From Ascoidea asiatica JCM 7603 (Eukaryota; Fungi; Ascomycota), in assembly GCA_001600695.1 (NCBI GenBank), contig BCKQ01000007.1, positions 159,648 to 184,331 on the forward strand: a stretch of DNA of 24,684 nucleotides, given 5' to 3'. Position numbers and translations under genes: made by a program. Shown here piece by piece: positions 1 to 9,620 of this stretch. Every line of letters begins with the position of its first letter. Position 1 is the stretch's first letter. The notes under the pieces were generated by a model, which did not search any database, was not told the origin of the DNA, and was given only the letters and a program-made list of their open reading frames with translations.

Positions 1-891
1 GAAGGCAGAAGTAAAGAAAAGGGTAATAAATAAAAGTGCCGGTCAAATTACTGTTCAAACATTTTGGGATTCATTTGTTTGAGGTGGGCCTCTTTTATTG
101 TTTAAAGGCCCACAATTATTTGTGGGAAAATGGATTTTGGAGAGGATATATTCCATGGTACGGATAAATAGCTAAATGTCAATATAATTTTTGTTCAAAA
201 GTTGTGACGCCTTATATTTCCTAATCAAGTAAATATGCGCCGTTATGAGGCTGAAAATATCTGCAAATAGAGATGATGTGACTTCACTTAGTATTTCTCA
301 TTGTTGAGCAAATGTCAAACGCACTATTTCACGCACTATAACACGCTTTTTGAAACGCATATTCACACTCACTTTTTACGCAGTTTACTTGGCCACCACC
401 AGCGCCTGATTTGTTTTTCTTCTTCGTGGCGATGCTGCTTATCTCCAATTTTGCAGTGATTTTCCTCTGTCAGCAAACAAACAAAAAGTTCGATCTGTTT
501 TCATGCTTTCAGTAACCAAATTGTAGATTTAGATATAATAATGCTAATATTAATAATACGGTAAAGCTATTGCTCTAAATCTAATATAATAAAGATCTAA
601 AGAAATAGATATAAAGAAAAGATAAGATAATGTATAAAATATATCAATCAATCAAACAATATATAAAATAATCATAATCTAATATAGAATATAAATATCT
701 AATCCCATTATAAACATAAATATAGAAATACATGAAATTGCTGTGGTTTCAATATTCTTTTTCGTTGATATAAATATTATCAAAACTATTAACACTACAG
801 TACCTTTAGTGTTAATATTTCTTAAGTTAAGTCTATCAATCCAACAATTTATAATAAAATATTCTTACTCTATTAATAAAAAAATATAAGT

Positions 892-927
892 TACTTCAAT
901 TACTCCAACTACTTCAATTACACCATT
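892..927. repeat. Degenerate 9-bp tandem repeat, TACTTCAAT x4
   Basis: Units TACTTCAAT, TACTCCAAC, TACTTCAAT, TACACCATT. Confidence 0.6.
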
Positions 928-1556
928 TCTCAAATTGTTCAATTATTCAATTAAAATCTTCGATTGTTCAATTTAGGAATTATTCGTTTACTCTAATAGG
1001 AGCTTTTAATTATTAAATTTAAATCATATCAAAATTTGTATTCAAATTTAACTCTGGATTTATCCTATTATTCATTATATTTCGAAAGACGAAAACCAAA
1101 ATATTAAAATAAATAATCTCATTAACTTTTTAAGAAAAATAAGATATTTCTTTTCTTAACTCTAGCTACTATTTTACTATTTCACTACTTCATTACTCAT
1201 TAATATTTGATTCTTTATTTTTGATTTGAATCAAATCATCCAATTCTTCACACTCGGTAATTTGTTGGTATTGTTTTTTGTTTGCTTTTCTTCAATAAGA
1301 AATTTCATTAAATTTTACTTTTTCAATTTATTAACTCGAGTAATTTCATAAAAATTATTAATAATATCGTTAATATTAAATACTTTTTCTCTTATATACA
1401 GTATAATATAAATTATATTATATTCCTCAATTAATACTTATATTCAATCATAATCTCATTCATATATTCAATCACATATACATTCATAAACTCATTCATA
1501 TTAAGCTGGCTTTAATATAAATATAGTGTATAATAATAAAAAAAAAAAAAAATATA

Positions 1557-2375
1557 ATGTCAATAATACTAAATTTAATTCAACAAAGTAATGAAGCAAA
1601 ATGTGATATTTTTGGACCTTTTTCAATTATTATTCAATTATTATTAGGTCTTTTATCAATTTCAACTTTAATTTATAAAAGATTTAAAGAATTTCCAAAT
1701 AGAAGATCTTGGAAAATTTGGTTCTTTGATGTTTCAAAACAAATTATTGGCTCTATTTCAATTCATTTCATAAATTTATCTTTATCTTATTTATCTTCAA
1801 AAATTATTAAAAAATCTTCTTCAATATTCTATCCTCAAAATATATCTAACAATAACTGTTTCAATTTTCAGAATAAAGACAGTAGTAGTAGTAATAATAA
1901 TAATAATAATGGTGATAATGATGACGATGATAATGATAATGCTTGTAATTGGTATTTTTTAAATATTATCTTAGATACAACAATTGGTGTTCCAATATTA
2001 TGGTTTTTTCTTTATATTTTACATAATTTTTTTAAAAAAATTATAAAAATTAATGGTATAAATTCAGGTCAATATGGTTTTCCACCAAAATTTAAAAATT
2101 ATTTAAAACAATTAATTTTATATATTAATGGTTTAATGTTAACAAAAATTGTAATTTCAATAATTTTATTTTATTTTAATCAATTTTTTAATAGTTTATC
2201 AATTTGGTTTTTAAATAATTTTAATAACTTTCCAAATTTTCAAGTTTTTATTGTAATTTTTTTAACTCCATTAATGATGAATACTTTACAATATTATTTA
2301 ATTGATAATATTATTCAATCTCCTGAATATAAAGGATTTGATTATAATAGAATTATTAAAGATACTAATAACAAT

Positions 2376-2446
<71 letters not shown>

Positions 2447-2912
2447 AGATAATACTAAGGATACCAATAAAGATAACAACAAAGATAATAATGAAAGATC
2501 AAGTATATTAAAATCAAAATTCAACAATAATCTGAATTATTCTTCAATTAATGATAACCAAGCTGATATCAATGATATAACAAATAGTCAATCTTCAACA
2601 GATTCGAATATTACAAATAATTCAACAGATTTAAATATTCAAAATCATAATCATAATCATAATCATAATCATAATAATAATCATAATAATAATAATAATA
2701 ACCCTAATGGATTAAATGAAATCACTCTAATAAATAATGACCCTGAAAATGTTAGTATATGTGATAGTATTTTAAATTTAAATGTTGAATTTGAAAATGA
2801 ACTCATTAGATCAAGATATTATACAAGAAGTTTATTAAAACAAGAAGGTTTATTAGGTCAACCTGAACCAGATATCCTAGAAGGTGAAATTTTAACATTT
2901 CCCAAAAAATAA
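1557..2912 (+). CDS. Multi-pass membrane protein of the STIMATE/TMEM110 family (yeast YPL162C-like vacuolar membrane protein) with an Asn-rich C-terminal extension, 451 aa
   Basis: Family motifs C-x-(I/L)-FGPFS..QLLLG, KRFKEFPNRRSWKIWFFDVSKQIIG, CNWYFLNIILDTTIGVP, SGQYGFPP and PLMMNTLQYYLIDNII. Several hydrophobic helices. A-rich ATG context. Confidence 0.88.
2379..2444 (+). repeat. (AAT)n trinucleotide microsatellite, about 22 units, encoding poly-Asn. A (AATCAT)n Asn-His repeat follows at about 2643-2685
   Basis: Perfect AAT run read directly, in frame with the CDS. Confidence 0.95.
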
Positions 2913-3443
2913 AATAATCACACTTTTCCTGCTTTTTTATTAAATTTTTATTTTCATTCATCCATTTTTCTAGTATGTTTCTTTTTTCATTTTACATTTA
3001 TTTTCATTTTTATTTTCATTTTTAGTCTTTAAGTTTTTCAAATGGCTTTTAAATCGGTTTTGCTTTTATTGGTTATTCAACAGTATAATTTTATTGTAAA
3101 TACACTGTATACTGTGTATATATTTATATATATCATTAATTATGTTTTCTTTACATTTGTTTTTGCTTTTTTTTTTTCTCTTTCTTTCTTTACAACTGTT
3201 ACAAAATTGCTATCAATTCTTTAACTGATCATTTATTTACATACTTGACAAACATTTATTATCACTGCCGACGGATATCGGTTATTGATACCACTAAAGA
3301 ATAATGTAGTATTGAATAGTATTGAATAGTAAAGAATAAATGATATAATTTTTTAATAAAGATATAGTATATACTTTTTTATAAATGAATAAATATAATC
3401 TTTGGTAAATAGATTTTTAAATTAAGATGATGAATGATCGATC

Positions 3444-4122
3444 TTAAAATGCTTTTGATACAGTTTCATAAAAGGTTTTACCTTGAATTTGAGCAATTTT
3501 AGATTCTAATTCAGTTGGTTGTCTTGAACCATCACCAGCAGCAAAAGTTCCTGCACCCCATGGAGAACCACCATGAACTTCATTTAAATTAGTTAATAAA
3601 GGAAAAGCATTTTTATAACCTAAAGGTACAAAAATAATACCATGATGAGATAAAGTTGATAAAGAATTCATCACAGTTGCTTCTTGACCACCGCCAGGAG
3701 TACCAGTTGAAACAAAAACTCCGGCATATTTACCTTGTAAAGCACCTTTTGCCCATAAACCACCAGTTCTATCCCAGAATGCTTTCCATTGAGCAGGAAA
3801 ATTACCATATCTTGTTGGAATACCAAATAAAAAAGCATCATAATTTTCTAAAACTGTTGTATCTGCAATTGGTATATTTGTTGATTTTGGTGGTGCATGC
3901 ATTAAAGTTAAAACATTATCAGGTAAAGTTTCTGGAATTTGATATAAATCTGCTTTACCGCCAGCTTCAATAACACCTTTTTGAATATATTGAGCCATTG
4001 TTCCTCTAAGAATTTAGTTAGAATAATTGAGTTATTTGATTTTTAGTTTTTAAAAAGTCTAATTCATATACATACATATGACCATATAAAGAATAATAAA
4101 CAATTGCTACTTTTGGTGCCAT
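3444..4122 (-). CDS. PST2: Flavodoxin-like NAD(P)H:quinone oxidoreductase (WrbA; Pst2/Ycp4/Rfs1 family), 202 aa; join(complement 4076..4122, 3444..4005)
   Basis: Exon 1 encodes [15 protein letters not shown](I), the FMN phosphate-binding loop missing from the ORF-track protein. Exon 2 has [14 protein letters not shown] and [11 protein letters not shown]. Splicing the 70-nt intron restores the frame (CAT AT|A GGA ACA ATG). There is no Ycp4-type C-terminal Cys tail, so PST2-like is preferred. Confidence 0.92.
4006..4075 (-). other. Spliceosomal intron (70 nt) in the PST2-like gene
   Basis: 5' GTATGT (4075-4070), branch point TTCTAAC (4023-4017), 3' TAG ending at 4006. Confidence 0.92.
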
Positions 4123-4327
4123 TTTTTAGAAGAATTAATTTAAAGTTTGATTTTATTTGACTTTATTTGACAAAATAACTGAAAAAAAACAATAATTGAG
4201 AGTAATTATAATAATATAAAAGATTTAACTTAATTGAAATATTAGTCTAAGTAAAATACTAAATACTATTAGAAAGAGTAAATAAATTCAAAAATAAAGG
4301 ATATTAAAATTAGGGAGTAAACTCATA

Positions 4328-4335
4328 TATTTATA
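4328..4335 (-). promoter_or_regulatory. Probable TATA box (TATAAATA) of the PST2-like gene
   Basis: Matches TATAWAWR about 205 bp upstream of the ATG. The AT-rich background lowers specificity. Confidence 0.45.
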
Positions 4336-4466
4336 TTCTTTCAGATGCTAGTAAGATCTACACAAAATGTAAATAAATTATAATCTATTTCTTTTAAGAG
4401 TCCTTTGGAATTGAAAGAAGTATTTCAAATCCTTATTTTGCACCCATTACAAAATCTCACCAAGAG

Positions 4467-4502
4467 CTTATTAAGAATCTTATTAAGAATCTTATTAAGA
4501 AT
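4467..4502. repeat. Perfect 12-bp tandem repeat (CTTATTAAGAAT)x3
   Basis: Three exact copies at 4467, 4479 and 4491. Confidence 0.95.
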
Positions 4503-4862
4503 CTCGTAATGCTGATATTGGCCAAAGAGAAAGCTCAATTTGAAGCCAATTCTAGTTTTACTAGTTTGTTTATTTTGCTAGCCATTATCCATTACTTGCT
4601 TGCTTATGTGCTTACCAATTCTTACTAAATAACTAACTATTAATAATTGCTTATAAACAAATATGCAAAAACTCTACAGTAGTTACAAAGCTAGCTGCGA
4701 TCCACAGAAGCAATTCATCTTCTTCCTCAACAAGATTTAAATCTAGAAGAATACAAATATTCTCTATCCATCGTAGAAATAATTCTAGAGAGGGAAAAAG
4801 AAAGTCTAAATGTCTTGGCTCTAATTTCTAAAAAAAAAATTTTAATTGAAAAATAAAAACAT

Positions 4863-4869
4863 AAAAAAA
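4863..4869 (-). terminator. RNA polymerase III oligo(T) terminator of tRNA-Lys
   Basis: T7 run on the minus strand 3 nt after the discriminator base. Confidence 0.8.
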
Positions 4870-4872
4870 GAA

Positions 4873-4966
4873 CTCCTCATTAGGGGCTCGAACCCTAGAC
4901 ATTTCGGTTGCTCGAAATTTACAAATCCCTAAAAGCCGAACGCTCTACCAACTGAGCTAATGGGGA
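4873..4966 (-). tRNA. tRNA-Lys(UUU) with a 21-nt intron (4909-4929)
   Basis: Minus strand reads TCCCCATTAGCTCAGTTGGTAGAGCGTTCGGCTTTTA-[intron]-ACCGAAATGTCTAGGGTTCGAGCCCCTAATGAGGAG. Intact D, anticodon (TTCGG/CCGAA) and T (TAGGG/CCCTA) stems, A and B boxes, intron after position 37. Closely resembles yeast tK(UUU). Confidence 0.97.
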
Positions 4967-5068
4967 TGAGTTCTAAAAGTTTTTACTTTTTTTATTTTGT
5001 AAAGGTCTAGTAATAATTGTGGCGCATTTTGTACATAGTTTACCTCGGTTCTTGGTCGGATTACTTTA

Positions 5069-5173
5069 GCAAACACTCAACCCGGCTTCTCGATTATATG
5101 AGAGAAGTAACGAACAATAAAACACTGTGTTCGCCAGGCAATCAAAAATGATACGGCTAACATTAGTGTTTAC
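5069..5173 (-). ncRNA. Candidate structured RNA element (three-way junction), family unknown
   Basis: Four nested helices that pair fully, using G-U, only on the minus strand. No known family motif recognised. See findings. Confidence 0.3.
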
Positions 5174-5428
5174 GTTGTTTATATTAATACTATTGAAATA
5201 AAAGCTAAAACGCTGTGATATTATATTATAAGAAATAAATATGGAGAAAAAAAGAGAAGATAACAAAATGAAATTAAAGAACAACTAGAGAAACAAAATG
5301 AATGAATAAAGGAATGAAATGATTAAGTGATTATTAAAAAATGAAAGAATTAAGTAATGAGGGAAGAAAATATGCTTAAGTGGTGATTTTGAAAGATTGA
5401 ATACAAAAGATAAATGGATAAAAAACTA

Positions 5429-7258
5429 TTACCAAAATTTTTGATAAATATTTTTGATTGGTCCACCTCTTTCAATATTTGGTAATGACATCCAACAAAA
5501 AATCATACTTGAGAATAATCCAATAAATATTGGATGTAATACATAAGTTCCTTTAAATTGAGAAATTAATCCAACAATAAAACTCCAAAATGCTCCTCCT
5601 GATGTACCAAATGCTGTCATTATAGTTAATGATATAGCTTGTGTCTTTCTTGGTAAAATCTTAGTAATTAGTGTGATTTGTAAAGGATATAATGGCCCAA
5701 TACAAATACCTGCTAAACTAGCTGTGATTGCAGCAACAATAACATTTGGTACAACCCATGTTAAAATATCTAAAACGATTGTTAAAACTGCTAATAAACA
5801 GACTCCTCTTCTAACTTTGAAATATTTATAAAATAATGGTGTTAAAACTAATCTACCAATTGTAACACCTCCCCAAAATCCAGATGAAACATATCCAATT
5901 GATGAACTATCTCCTCCTCTATATTTTAATAAATATGTAACAATCCATCCTCCCATTGAAACTTCTGCTCCTTGATAAAAAAAAATAAAAAATGAAACAA
6001 TCCATGTATTAACATCTTTAATTGCTAATAAAAATAAATTTTCTTTATGAACAATAGTTTCTTCTTCTTCAATTGAAAATTTATTTGAATTTTTTGAAAT
6101 TTCTCTTGATTTAATCTTTTGCTTATTTTTTCCATCATTATTATTGAACAGATTTTCATTTACATTAACTTCATTAACTTCATTAATTTCATCATCATTA
6201 ATATGAATAACTTCTTTATTAATTGAATTTTCTCTAATTTCTTTTTGTTCTTTATAATTTTCTAATTTTTTTTCAAATTCTTCAGTATCTTCATCAAATG
6301 TTTTAAAAGCCCAAAGTGTGAAAAAAAATGAAATAATAAATAATCCTGTTAAAATTAAGAAAAAAAAATGCCATTTAATACCTGCATTAACAATTGATGT
6401 TGCAACTAATGGTGAAATTGTTGATCCAATTCCATAACATCCATGAAAAAATCCAAGATAAACTCCTGAATTTTTTAAACTTGATAAATAAATATTATAA
6501 TTTGCTAATCCAATTGCCATTCCAACTCCTCCAATGAAAAATGCAAAAACTATAACTGCAAATTTTGTACCTGATGATATAATTGCAAGTTGAATAATTT
6601 GTGAAACACATGTAACAATTAATGAATTTCTTTTACCTAAAATTGGTTCAATATATCCTGAACAACATGCAACAACTATAAATCCAATTGAACTACCAAC
6701 CCACATTAATGATACTTCAGAATATGAAATATTATAATAACTTTCAATATTTGGTAATAAAGATCCTAAACAACCATCATTCCAACCTGTACAACAAACC
6801 CAAAAACATGCTGCAATTACTCTCCATTTATTGTTTGAATCATTAATAGTTAATTCTGGTTCTTTATCTAAAATTGGATCTCCTTCTTCATTTTCTGAAT
6901 GAAAATCATTATTCATAATTGGAATAGTTTTATTGTTGTTCACTTTATTATTATCATAATTATTAATAATTTCTTTATTATTATTATTTTCATTATTATT
7001 TGAAAATAAATTCTTCTTTAGAATATTATCAATATTTAATGTATTTTCGAAAACTTTTCCTTGAATTTCATCTCCTGGAGTTACTGGTAAAGATTCTGGA
7101 ATGGGATCTGGAATAACTGAATTATTAACATTTTTATCCAGTAATTGAGATAATGGAAATAAATTATTATTATTGATAGTATTAACATAACTATTTCTTG
7201 AAAGACGTCTGCTTAAAAGAGACTTATTGTCAACATCAAAAGCACCACTGGAAGACAT
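5429..7258 (-). CDS. BSC6: Major facilitator superfamily transporter, Bsc6-like, 609 aa
   Basis: About 12 hydrophobic segments in two bundles with a charged central loop. Motifs GWNDGCLGSLLPNIESYY, LGFFHGCYGIGSTISPL, FFYQGAEVSMGGWIVTYL, SGFWGGVTIGR and GPLYP are typical of the fungal Bsc6 subfamily. Confidence 0.85.
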   Translation of the reverse strand: MSSSGAFDVDNKSLLSRRLSRNSYVNTINNNNLFPLSQLLDKNVNNSVIPDPIPESLPVTPGDEIQGKVFENTLNIDNILKKNLFSNNNENNNNKEIINNYDNNKVNNNKTIPIMNNDFHSENEEGDPILDKEPELTINDSNNKWRVIAACFWVCCTGWNDGCLGSLLPNIESYYNISYSEVSLMWVGSSIGFIVVACCSGYIEPILGKRNSLIVTCVSQIIQLAIISSGTKFAVIVFAFFIGGVGMAIGLANYNIYLSSLKNSGVYLGFFHGCYGIGSTISPLVATSIVNAGIKWHFFFLILTGLFIISFFFTLWAFKTFDEDTEEFEKKLENYKEQKEIRENSINKEVIHINDDEINEVNEVNVNENLFNNNDGKNKQKIKSREISKNSNKFSIEEEETIVHKENLFLLAIKDVNTWIVSFFIFFYQGAEVSMGGWIVTYLLKYRGGDSSSIGYVSSGFWGGVTIGRLVLTPLFYKYFKVRRGVCLLAVLTIVLDILTWVVPNVIVAAITASLAGICIGPLYPLQITLITKILPRKTQAISLTIMTAFGTSGGAFWSFIVGLISQFKGTYVLHPIFIGLFSSMIFCWMSLPNIERGGPIKNIYQKFW

Positions 7259-9236
7259 TTTATTATATATTAATGTTACTTGAATAATACTTTGTTATAT
7301 GTTAAAAAAACTTTTTTTTTTGTTTGATTTTATACAGTAAATGTACCTAAAAATAGTAAAGTATATTATATTATTAAGGTATTAAACTATTAGGTTATTA
7401 AATTCTTCTATTATTAATTTATTATATTATCTTTAATAATAAAGTATATTATTAAATAATTAATATAATAAACTAGGCAATATAAAGAATAATATACTAA
7501 TAAATTATATATAAAAAAAAAAGATTGTGAAATAAATTAAGAAAAATCTAAGGATTCATTCTCTATTTATCTGAAAAACAATCAATAAGTTTTTTTTTAA
7601 CATACTGTATAATAAAATACTATAGAAAAGCTTTTTTTTTTTCTTTATATTATAACCAAAGATCAAGAATTATCATAATAAGTTCAATACAATACCAGTC
7701 TACAAAAAAAACAAGCAAATCGAATAAATTTTTATGTTAATTTTAGAGAAGTTTCGGGAGAAAAAAAAAAAACTTGAACCAATTAAGTAAAAAATTTCTG
7801 CTTTTAGTCCAATTTTTAGAGAAAAGCTAAAATATTTTCTGATAAAAAAAATATTTTTGCTTTAAAAAATTTTTTTATTTGATTTGTTGCAGCTAGTTAG
7901 ACTGCATTTGCATATAAAATACATCCAACTATTTTAGTTTAGCCATTTGATAAGCCTTAAGGAAAAACATCTATTGAGACAATAAAAAAATTATAGGTCA
8001 AGTCAAATTTATTAATAGTTTGATAAATATAGTTATTGATAAAGGAATTTTGAATAAATTTTAATTAAATTTTTAATCAATGCTAAATCGATTTTTGTTT
8101 TAATTCATGTTTTCAAATTTCGCCAACGTTATTCCAGCCAATGCACTTTAAGCCAAAAAAGACATCGAAGATTGGAACCATGTGGCAGTCCAGTTTTAAA
8201 GTCTATGTTATTTCAATTGTGAAATTGATTATTTTGTGGATATTTTCTATTTATTCCAAAGAACAAATAATGAAAAGTCTAGACATTATATTTCTTAATT
8301 GCTTGTTTGAAGTTCGACAAAAAAAACATTTACAGATAACATACACAAAAATCTATTCTCTTTTGAAATTCGATTGGATAAATTTAAACGAAACTACTTA
8401 TCTATGAAATTTTCAAATTGATTATTAATGCAAAAGTATTGAGAGAAAATATTCGAAATCTCATGAAAATTAATAAAATCTCTCAGAACTTTTTTGATTT
8501 GTTTTTCATTTTGACTTTACAATCTTATCTTCATTCAGAGAAATATTTAAAAAATCGTATTGAAATTCTCTGAAATGCTAGTGCTTTTGATTTCAAATCA
8601 TTTTCGATCAAATGAAATGAAATTAAAGTAAAACATTTGAACATTTTAATATTTGAAACTTGAAAAATATCTGGAGATACGGAGAACTCAAATTCAGTTC
8701 TTTTTTTTTGGCTCTGTTGAACTTCAAGTAATACTTTCAATTTGCGTTGTTGTTTCCAAGGTATCATTATAATAAATATCAAATTTTATTATTACTCAAA
8801 TATTAGCTGATGAAAGAACTACAACTATAATTGACTAATTAATTAAAAATAACAAATAAAATTGAATCAAATGACCAAAATTCTAGTGGCTTCCCATAAT
8901 ATGGATAAGTGAAAATTTAGAAATTGATATGAAAATTAATGACCTTAGATTGAATCTTTTCACTAAACTTCAATTGAATTTACCCCCTAAAACAATGTTT
9001 ATTTTAAAAAATACAGTTCAAAGTATTGATTATTCTACCGTATCAATTGTTGAATTGAGCTGACCTATTATTAATATTTAACATTTGATATTTAATTTCA
9101 AAGACTTCTAAAAGATTTCATATTTCTCGACTCTCCTATCCGGACTCTTAAGTTAAGCTTATTGCTTTATATTCAAAGAGTGCCTATGCTGCGCCACACC
9201 AGAGCAAATTATTATATTAACCTACTCGGCTTCCAA

Positions 9237-9620
9237 TCAGGAAACGTGGTGTCTTGCCCAGTTTGCACAGATAGGTACAGTCCGCAGAGTGAGGAAAAAA
9301 CCGTTTAATGGAACCTTATTTGCTTTTACATGGATCGGAAATATTTGGTGCAGGAAAAACCTCAAACACCTGACTACCTCAGTTAATAGGGAAAGTCTCC
9401 CCTCTTCAAATAGTTTCTCAATACATTTGATTCCTTCATCCATTTTCGGCCCTGTACAGGTTAATCCTCCTGCGCAAAGAAACAGCATTAAGCGTAATGT
9501 AAAAGAATTTCCGAATGTATTTACGAGCGGACTTAAGATTTCCGAATCTTGTTTTTTTATTTGCACAGAAGATTGTTGGAGATTCATCTTTTGTTGTTGT
9601 TGTTGAACATTGATAAGCAT
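9237..9620 (-). CDS. Orphan ORF, 127 aa, Gln-rich N-terminus; coding status uncertain
   Basis: ATG in an A-rich context (ATAAAAAATG) within a locally GC-richer island. Codon usage is atypical and no domain was recognised. Confidence 0.25.
   Translation of the reverse strand: MLINVQQQQQKMNLQQSSVQIKKQDSEILSPLVNTFGNSFTLRLMLFLCAGGLTCTGPKMDEGIKCIEKLFEEGRLSLLTEVVRCLRFFLHQIFPIHVKANKVPLNGFFLTLRTVPICANWARHHVS

Noticed and set aside
2302-2511. 69-aa poly-Ile ORF
   Set aside because: Alternative frame of the (AAT)n tract inside the real CDS.
3042-3224. 60-aa hydrophobic ORF
   Set aside because: T-rich terminator region between convergent genes; low complexity and no motif.
3656-3973. 105-aa plus-strand ORF
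   Set aside because: Antisense shadow of the PST2-like gene.
5066-5284. 72-aa minus-strand ORF
   Set aside because: Non-ATG start in T-rich sequence with no recognisable motif. The region is better explained by base-pairing potential.
8107-9063. ORFs 8141-8407 (+) and 8531-8782 (-) and other protein-like fragments
   Set aside because: No recognisable domain and inconsistent strands. A decayed pseudogene cannot be excluded but cannot be supported without a search.
9391-9401. GAAAGTCTCCC, matching the P4 5' strand (CR-I) of yeast RNase MRP RNA
   Set aside because: The required CR-V partner (A..GGAGCTTAC-like) is absent downstream; only GGAGATTC at about 9578 is found, and no P1/P2/P3 helices are evident. 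An Rfam RNase MRP cmsearch would settle it.
9451-9474. CCTGTACAGGTTAATCCTCCTGCG, resembling the P4/P5 half of a TPP riboswitch
   Set aside because: The UGAU motif is altered, the UGAGA pyrimidine-sensor segment is missing upstream, and no thiamine gene or intron is nearby.
9289-9606. 105-aa plus-strand ORF ending CCCC
   Set aside because: GTG start. The Cys run is the antisense of the (CAA)n tract, so this is not a credible prenylation signal or gene.
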